Of a stretch of 32,000 bases of DNA, positions 17,979-24,676 are shown in pieces; the first letter of the stretch is position 1, and each line of letters begins with the position of its first letter. The notes beneath the pieces are model-generated. The model did not search any database. It saw only the letters and a program-made list of their open reading frames with translations, and was not told the origin of the DNA. Both the position numbers and the translations under genes were made by a program. The stretch is from Bacillus subtilis subsp. subtilis str. 168. Lineage in GTDB: Bacteria > Bacillota > Bacilli > Bacillales > Bacillaceae. Location: the NCBI RefSeq assembly GCF_000009045.1, contig NC_000964.3, forward strand, positions 1,980,001 to 2,012,000. Reading direction: 5' to 3'.

Positions 17979-18298
17979 AATAAGAGGATAAGAAAATGTA
18001 GAAAAAAGCAGAAAAATGACAATAAAAGAAATTATATGACTATATAATCCATATATGCACTATATTAACGGATATTTTTTAAAGTACAATAAAAAACATT
18101 AAATTTTTATAACATTTTTTTTGAATATAGTATTATTTCTTTATTTTTCGTTTCTTTTTTTATCAAATTTCCGGATATAAAGTGATAAAAGTATTGTTTT
18201 ACATAAGGTCTTATACACTACTTTTTAATCGGACTAATTTTCTTTTGTGCATCATTCTTCTAATTGTTGGAAGGTTCGACAAAGCGTTATTACAGACA
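17979..18298 (-). promoter_or_regulatory. Extremely AT-rich upstream region of the pps operon (promoter plus probable UP-element/nucleoid-protein target); exact -35/-10 not resolved
   Basis: I count 18 G/C in the 120 nt at 18061-18180. There are many A/T tracts. Candidate minus-strand hexamers are TTGTAC-N17/18-AATATA and TGCATA-N17-TATAAT (rc of 18032-18037). None is decisive by eye. Confidence 0.45.
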
Positions 18299-18330
18299 TA
18301 AAAAAACCTGTTTTCTCTTGGAAAACAGGT
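18299..18330 (-). terminator. Intrinsic terminator of dacC
   Basis: Perfect 10-bp stem ACCTGTTTTC (18306-18315) / GAAAACAGGT (18321-18330) with a 5-nt loop. On the minus strand a run of T follows (rc of 18299-18305). It begins 10 nt after the dacC stop. Confidence 0.85.
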
Positions 18331-18339
18331 CTCCCGCTA

Positions 18340-20832
<2,493 letters not shown>

Positions 20833-20865
20833 TCAACCTCTCCTTGATTCATTGCTAGTATAAGA

Positions 20866-20893
20866 ATTCAATGTACTGTACCATATTTCCTCC
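20866..20893 (-). promoter_or_regulatory. Candidate sigma-H promoter for galM-dacC
   Basis: The minus strand reads GGAGGAAAT (rc of 20885-20893), a 12-nt spacer, then ATTGAAT (rc of 20866-20872). This fits RNAGGAWWT-N11-12-RNNGAAT. It lies ~40 nt upstream of the galM ATG. Confidence 0.5.
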
Positions 20894-20914
20894 ATTTTAT
20901 ATTTTCCCCTATCA

Positions 20915-20949
20915 AATAAAAAAACACCGTTCAAACTTATGAACGGTGT
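20915..20949 (-). terminator. Intrinsic terminator of yoeA
   Basis: Stem ACACCGTTC (20924-20932) / GAACGGTGT (20941-20949) with an 8-nt loop. A T-run follows on the minus strand (rc of 20917-20923). It begins 10 nt after the yoeA stop. Confidence 0.85.
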
Positions 20950-20959
20950 GATTCGGAGG

Positions 20960-22351
20960 CTATTGGATGAGACGTGTGATTTGTTTCTTTTTCCAGACGA
21001 ATTGATAATACCCATAAATCAACAGCAAGCTGACGGCAAACGCAGCTGGATAACCAACCCAGACGCCGAGTATTTCAAGCTTTGTATAGTGAGAAAGGAC
21101 GAAAGCGACAGGCACCTCTACTCCCCAGATTGCAAAAATACTGATGACGGTCGGCCATAAAACTGTTCCGCTTGCCCGCATCGTTGCAGAAATAATTTGG
21201 GCATTTCCAAACAGCAAATAGCTCCACAGTGTAATCATCAAAAGACGGTGCGCAATGTAAAGCGTCTCTTGCTCGGTTAAAAATAACGATAAAATCTGAT
21301 GTGAAAAAACATAGATCAGAATGATCAGTACGCCGCCAATGATATAATTCAGCCAAATCCCAACGCGAATGACCTGCTTTAAGCGGTCAAACTCGTTTGC
21401 TCCGATCGATTGCGCAGCGAAAATAGAAACCGCAATACCAAGGCTGACGGCCGGCATCTGTACATAGCTGGCCACCTGGTTGACCACTCCGTATGCAGCT
21501 GTTGCATTAGAGCCGTAATGATTGACGAATGAAATAACCGCTATCTCTGATAATGAGACAAGAATCATATTGATGCTTGCTGGGACCCCAAGACGCAGCA
21601 GGAGAACCAGCAGTTCCTTATCCATTTTCAAATAACGACGCACTGTTTTATCAAATTGCAGCGGGTGTTTTCGCTTTCGTAAATACACCATTAACACGAG
21701 AAAAGTCGCAATCGTGGAAATGACAGTTGCATATGCCGAGCCGTATATGCCCAGTTTCGGAAAACCAAACATGCCAAGGATTAAAACAGGCAAAAGCGCG
21801 ATGTTGATGACCGTGCTCACAATCAGCGTATAAAACGGTGTCTTGGAATCTCCTGTTCCGCGCAAAAAGGTAGTATATGCAAAATATAAAAACATAAACG
21901 GCATAGCATAAAATAAAATACGTGCATAGTTAGCGCTGACATGAATGACATTTTCAGGTGTTCCCATTAAACGAAGGATATCCAGGGTGAAAATACTGCC
22001 GATAACGGCTAACACAACGCCTAATAAAAATGTAAACGTGAGTGTCGTCCCGACAACAGCCTTTAGCCGTTCCTCATTTTTCGCTCCGTAAGCTTGTCCT
22101 ATCAGAATCGAACTTCCTGAACCGATCCCAATCGTAAATGAGATTAAAAGAAAAAATAACGGGAAAAAGGATGATACAGCTGCCACTGCATCAACACCGA
22201 GCCATCTGCCTACAGCCATCATCCCGACTAGCTGGCCGACTGATTGCAGCACATTGCTCAGCAGAAGCGGCACTAAAAAGAGTGACATCGACCGCCAAAC
22301 TGATGGTTTGCTTTTCTTTTGAGTTACAAGAGGTTCTTGTGATGTTTCCAT
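20960..22351 (-). CDS. yoeA: MATE-family multidrug/toxic-compound efflux transporter, 463 aa
   Basis: A highly hydrophobic polytopic protein with about 12 predicted helices by eye. ATG 22351 has RBS AAAGGAG (rc of 22361-22367). The sequence is the one I recall as YoeA. Confidence 0.85.
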   Translation of the reverse strand: METSQEPLVTQKKSKPSVWRSMSLFLVPLLLSNVLQSVGQLVGMMAVGRWLGVDAVAAVSSFFPLFFLLISFTIGIGSGSSILIGQAYGAKNEERLKAVVGTTLTFTFLLGVVLAVIGSIFTLDILRLMGTPENVIHVSANYARILFYAMPFMFLYFAYTTFLRGTGDSKTPFYTLIVSTVINIALLPVLILGMFGFPKLGIYGSAYATVISTIATFLVLMVYLRKRKHPLQFDKTVRRYLKMDKELLVLLLRLGVPASINMILVSLSEIAVISFVNHYGSNATAAYGVVNQVASYVQMPAVSLGIAVSIFAAQSIGANEFDRLKQVIRVGIWLNYIIGGVLIILIYVFSHQILSLFLTEQETLYIAHRLLMITLWSYLLFGNAQIISATMRASGTVLWPTVISIFAIWGVEVPVAFVLSHYTKLEILGVWVGYPAAFAVSLLLIYGYYQFVWKKKQITRLIQ

Positions 22352-22378
22352 ATTAAAGGACTCCTTTATTTGAAATCG

Positions 22379-22407
22379 TTTTTAAACATGCCCTCATTTT
22401 TTGACAA
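22379..22407 (-). promoter_or_regulatory. Weak candidate sigma-A promoter of yoeA
   Basis: The minus strand reads TTGTCA (rc of 22402-22407), 17 nt, then TAAAAA (rc of 22379-22384). The -10 is poor and the leader would be very short. Confidence 0.3.
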
Positions 22408-22566
22408 AAACAGGATATGTAACATGTTATTATTCATCACTGCACTTATGAAACCCTTCCCGATTCTTCTAATTTTACACATCTTTTTAGCTTATGAAGA
22501 ATAAACTAGCAAGTAATGGCGTATTTTTTGTGAGTAAAAGAATAAAAAATAATTTATGCAAAAGTA

Positions 22567-22604
22567 TTGTAATCTATCCGTAATTATTGTAACATTTGTA
22601 ACAT
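22567..22604 (+). promoter_or_regulatory. Candidate iseA promoter (TTGTAA-N17-TAACAT) overlapped by a WalR-type direct repeat and two TGTAACAT copies
   Basis: TTGTAA 22567-22572 and TAACAT 22590-22595. TGTAAT (22568-22573)-N5-CGTAAT (22579-22584) fits the WalR half-site pattern TGTWAH-N5-TGTWAH with one mismatch. TGTAACAT occurs at 22588-22595 and 22597-22604. WalR repression of iseA is from memory and is not verified here. Confidence 0.35.
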
Positions 22605-22636
22605 AAGAGAAAGAGATTTTGAAGGAGAGAGCGATA

Positions 22637-23182
22637 ATGAAAAAATGTCTTCTATTTCTAACAACCATTGCACTTATTCTGTCATTAAGCACAAATGCAT
22701 TTGCGAAAAATACATCAGGCGATTTATCACAAAAACAAGCATTACAGTTGGCATTATCCGCTAGAGAACATTTTTGGAACACCATGAGCGGCCACAATCC
22801 GAAGGTGAAAAAAGCAGTTTGCCCATCAGGCACATTCGAGTATCAAAATCTTCAATATGTATACATGTGCAGTGATCTAGGCACTAAAGCAAAAGCGGTG
22901 AATTATTTAACTCCTATTTTTACAAAAACAGCAATCGAAAAAGGCTTTAAAGATTATCATTTCACTGTTTCAAAAGGAAAACTTGCTGTTCCAATCGGTG
23001 ACGGAGACAATCTTTTGAATTGGAAAAAATCAACTGCTAAACTGATCTCTAAAAAAGGCAGCACAATCACATACGAATTTACTGTCCCTACATTAGACGG
23101 ATCCCCTTCTGCAAAACGGAAAGTGACATTTGTGAAAGAAAATAAAAAATGGAAAGTCAATCAATTTGACGCAGTTATATAA
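22637..23182 (+). CDS. iseA: Secreted inhibitor of cell-wall DL-endopeptidases (autolysin inhibitor IseA/YoeB), 181 aa
   Basis: ATG 22637 lies 6 nt after GAAGGAGAGAG (22621-22631); the ORF-track TTG at 22619 has no RBS. The signal peptide is MKKCLLFLTTIALILSLSTNAFA/KN. It is unrelated to the E. coli YoeB toxin. Confidence 0.88.
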   Translation: MKKCLLFLTTIALILSLSTNAFAKNTSGDLSQKQALQLALSAREHFWNTMSGHNPKVKKAVCPSGTFEYQNLQYVYMCSDLGTKAKAVNYLTPIFTKTAIEKGFKDYHFTVSKGKLAVPIGDGDNLLNWKKSTAKLISKKGSTITYEFTVPTLDGSPSAKRKVTFVKENKKWKVNQFDAVI

Positions 23183-23184
23183 GA

Positions 23185-23213
23185 AAAACGCCCGGTATAA
23201 GCGGGCGTTTTTT
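23185..23213 (+). terminator. Intrinsic terminator of iseA
   Basis: Stem AAAACGCCCG (23185-23194) / CGGGCGTTTT (23202-23211) with a 7-nt loop, followed by a T-run. Confidence 0.85.
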
Positions 23214-23232
23214 ATTTGGTTTGCATAAAGAA

Positions 23233-23265
23233 AGACAACAGGCGAAAAGTGCCTGTTGTCTTTTT
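23233..23265. terminator. Second hairpin, probably a bidirectional terminator (tRNA-Arg on the minus strand, back-up for iseA on the plus strand)
   Basis: Stem AGACAACAGGC (23233-23243) / GCCTGTTGTCT (23251-23261). TTTTT follows on the plus strand, and TTTCTTTAT follows on the minus strand. Confidence 0.7.
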
Positions 23266-23275
23266 GTGAATATAA

Positions 23276-23348
23276 CGCTCTAGGAGAGATTCGAACTCCC
23301 GACCTGCAGTTTAGGAAACTGCTGCACTATCCGCTGTGCTACTAGAGC
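23276..23348 (-). tRNA. trnQ-Arg: tRNA-Arg, anticodon CCU (reads AGG), 73 nt, no genomically encoded CCA
   Basis: Hand-folded cloverleaf from the minus strand: acceptor GCTCTAG/CTAGAGC, D-stem GCAC/GTGC, anticodon stem GCAGT/ACTGC with loop TTCCTAA, T-stem GGGAG/CTCTC with loop TTCGAAT, discriminator G. The next bases are TTA, not CCA. Confidence 0.9.
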
Positions 23349-23361
23349 TTTTGGTATTTAT

Positions 23362-23390
23362 ATAGTAGCTCTGATGATCAATATTTTCAA
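23362..23390 (-). promoter_or_regulatory. Candidate sigma-A promoter of the tRNA-Arg gene
   Basis: The minus strand reads TTGAAA (rc of 23385-23390), 17 nt, then TACTAT (rc of 23362-23367). It ends 13 nt before the tRNA 5' end. Confidence 0.45.
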
Positions 23391-23400
23391 GCGATTTGTA

Positions 23401-23946
23401 TTAAAGCCCTCCAAAAACCTTATATGCGGCTCTTGTCGTATCTTCATCAATACCGATATACCGCATTGTAATTGATGGTGATGAATGATTCAGTATTCTC
23501 TGCAGCTCGGCGATGTCTTTCGTTCGCTGATAAAAATGATAGCCAAACGTTTTCCGGAGTGTATGCGTCCCTATCTCCTCAAGTCCGCACGCTGCAGCGG
23601 CCTCTCTTAAAATTCTGTAGGCCTGAATGCGGGAAATCGGCTTCCTGGTCCGCACTGATTTAAAAAGATATTCGTTTTCCTTCATGTCTTTCGTATACTC
23701 GTATATTTCCTGTTTCAGCGATTCTAAAATAAGAATCTTTCTTTTCTTTTTCGTTTTGCTTTCAGTCGCCCATAAATGATCTTTATTTTGAACGTCCTTC
23801 ACTTGCAGCGGCAGAATATCAGAAATACGGAGCGCGCTGTTGATGCCGAAAATAAACAGAAAATAATCCCGCTTGTTTTTGTTAAGCAAATACTGTTTGA
23901 CTTCTTGGATTTTCTCTAGACTGCGAATCGGCTGTACAATATGCAT
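23401..23946 (-). CDS. yoeC: Small tyrosine recombinase consisting of the catalytic domain only, 181 aa
   Basis: ATG 23946 lies 7 nt after AAGGAG (rc of 23954-23959); the ORF-track start 23949 is a TTG one codon upstream. The catalytic signature is complete: ALRISD (Arg), KTKKKRKILI (Lys), HTLRKTF (His-x-x-Arg), LNHSSPS (His), TMRYIG (Tyr). Only ~37 residues precede the first Arg. Confidence 0.85.
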   Translation of the reverse strand: MHIVQPIRSLEKIQEVKQYLLNKNKRDYFLFIFGINSALRISDILPLQVKDVQNKDHLWATESKTKKKRKILILESLKQEIYEYTKDMKENEYLFKSVRTRKPISRIQAYRILREAAAACGLEEIGTHTLRKTFGYHFYQRTKDIAELQRILNHSSPSITMRYIGIDEDTTRAAYKVFGGL

Positions 23947-23971
23947 CAAAAAACTCCTTAAAAACCGTTAT

Positions 23972-23995
23972 GTAACATTTTGAGGTCTATGTTAC
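23972..23995. promoter_or_regulatory. Dyad O2: GTAACAT-N10-ATGTTAC, immediately downstream of the yoeC -10 (covers the predicted +1)
   Basis: Arms at 23972-23978 and 23989-23995 are perfect reverse complements. The 11-mer TTATGTAACAT (23968-23978) is repeated exactly at 24038-24048. Confidence 0.55.
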
Positions 23996-23996
23996 T

Positions 23997-24024
23997 ATTA
24001 TAGCTGAAAAACGTTGAATGTCAA
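23997..24024 (-). promoter_or_regulatory. Consensus sigma-A promoter of yoeC (TTGACA-N16-TATAAT)
   Basis: The minus strand reads TTGACA (rc of 24019-24024), a 16-nt spacer, then TATAAT (rc of 23997-24002). Both hexamers are perfect. It lies ~50 nt upstream of the yoeC ATG. Confidence 0.7.
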
Positions 24025-24037
24025 AGTGCGGCGGCGT

Positions 24038-24069
24038 TTATGTAACATAATATACATAGTGTTACATAA
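24038..24069. promoter_or_regulatory. Dyad O1: TTATGTAACA-N12-TGTTACATAA, 13 nt upstream of the yoeC -35
   Basis: Perfect 10-bp inverted arms at 24038-24047 and 24060-24069. As a 32-bp element the two 16-nt halves match at 13 of 16 positions. Confidence 0.6.
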
Positions 24070-24145
24070 GCTTTTAAAAAAGCTTCTTCCAACCTTCACC
24101 CTATAAAATAAGCTTTAAAGCCTCTTATAAAGCTTTTAACCTCTT
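24066..24145. repeat. Degenerate direct repeats ATAAGCTTT(T)AA..CCTCTT (three copies, two of them tandem 19-mers) including a palindrome AAGCTTTTAAAAAAGCTT
   Basis: Copies lie at 24066-24090, 24108-24126 and 24127-24145, with a further AACCTCTTA at ~24176-24184. AAGCTT occurs four times (24068, 24080, 24110, 24130). Confidence 0.6.
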
Positions 24146-24231
24146 GGATACTTATCCCCCTACTAATCATCAAAAAACCTCTTAAAATGAAATCTGACAC
24201 TCCCAATTTTCTGGAGCTTCCGCAAAAATAT

Positions 24232-24261
24232 ACAAAAAAAGACACAATTTCAAATTGTGTC
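24232..24261 (-). terminator. Intrinsic terminator of yoeD
   Basis: Stem GACACAATT (24241-24249) / AATTGTGTC (24253-24261) with a 3-nt loop. A T-run follows on the minus strand (rc of 24234-24240). It abuts the yoeD stop codon. Confidence 0.8.
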
Positions 24262-24492
24262 CTAATCCTCATCCTTTACATCAATATCTTCCGGGATCGG
24301 TTCATTTAATATTTCCTGCACAAGTGCTTTGTAATTCTCCAGCTGTTCGAGATGCGTTTTGAACTGTTCCTTATAAATCAAAAATTGCTCCCCGTCATGA
24401 ACGGCTCTGATTTTCCCTTCGAGCACCAAGCTTTTAATATAATCCTCTGAAAGATTTGTATATTCTGCTGTTTCTTCAATCGTTAAATACAT
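24262..24492 (-). CDS. yoeD: Excisionase/MerR-like helix-turn-helix DNA-binding protein, 76 aa
   Basis: The N-terminus MYLTIEETAEYTNLSEDYIKSLVLEGKIRAVHDGEQFLI has the Xis-type HTH (HTH_17-like) pattern, and the C-terminal tail is acidic. ATG 24492 has GAAGGGA upstream. Confidence 0.8.
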   Translation of the reverse strand: MYLTIEETAEYTNLSEDYIKSLVLEGKIRAVHDGEQFLIYKEQFKTHLEQLENYKALVQEILNEPIPEDIDVKDED

Positions 24493-24521
24493 ATAGCAGT
24501 CCCTTCTTAATCCGTATGCTG

Positions 24522-24550
24522 ATTCTAATATAGCACATGGCTCATATCAA
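24522..24550 (-). promoter_or_regulatory. Candidate sigma-A promoter of yoeD (TTGATA-N17-TAGAAT)
   Basis: The minus strand reads TTGATA (rc of 24545-24550), 17 nt, then TAGAAT (rc of 24522-24527). It lies ~30 nt upstream of the yoeD ATG. Confidence 0.5.
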
Positions 24551-24676
24551 TATAATCAATTCTGCACAGAAAAACGGCATTATGCACTATATAATATACC
24601 ATTTGTCACTTGTGAAAACGCTGTAATTTTTTTACGCTAAGATTGTAACAATACAGCTTCATATAGGAGGGAGAAC

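Larger units (their letters stand above)
23276..24550 (-). mobile_element. Possible remnant or minimal module of a tRNA-associated integrative element (xis-like yoeD, int-like yoeC, tRNA-Arg)
   Basis: The gene content matches the int + xis + tRNA pattern. No flanking att duplication, phage genes or transfer genes are visible in the window. Confidence 0.35.

Noticed and set aside
20833-21015. 60-aa minus ORF, and an internal 20-codon ORF (MEEIWYSTLNSYTSNESRRG) preceded by GGAGG, upstream of galM
   Set aside because: The GGAGGAAAT is better explained as the -35 element of a sigma-H promoter. The ORF also runs through the yoeA terminator, and the RBS-ATG spacing is too short.
22397-22410. Palindrome TTTTTGACAAAAA containing a perfect TTGACA on the plus strand (possible second iseA promoter or ComK-type A4-N5-T4 box)
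   Set aside because: No acceptable -10 lies 16-18 nt downstream on the plus strand (only TGTTAT). It would give a ~230-nt leader. A single A/T-tract pair is not enough for a ComK box.
22492-22833. 113-aa minus-strand ORF spanning the iseA promoter and 5' end
   Set aside because: It overlaps a well-supported secreted-protein gene on the other strand. It has no RBS, and its composition is that of translated AT-rich non-coding DNA.
22637-23182. The name yoeB suggesting a YoeB/YefM toxin-antitoxin system
   Set aside because: The protein has a cleavable signal peptide, is 181 aa, and has no adjacent antitoxin-sized gene. It is the unrelated B. subtilis IseA protein.
22568-24069. Interpreting all TGTAAC/TGTTAC sites as WalR boxes
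   Set aside because: WalR needs direct hexamer repeats with an 11-bp register. Only TGTAAT-N5-CGTAAT (22568-22584) fits. The yoeC dyads are inverted repeats with 17-19 bp arm spacing, and the iseA TGTAACAT pair is 9 bp apart.
23968-24188. Short repeats here as a CRISPR array or IS terminal inverted repeats
   Set aside because: The repeat units are 7-19 bp, irregularly spaced and partly inverted. There are no regular repeat-spacer units, no cas genes and no transposase.
24642-24652. 11-bp palindrome ATTGTAACAAT 25 nt upstream of the ggt start as another copy of the GTAACAT motif
   Set aside because: It matches only GTAACA plus one offset base. A single short palindrome in AT-rich DNA is weak evidence. 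I mention it only as something a motif scan could re-evaluate.
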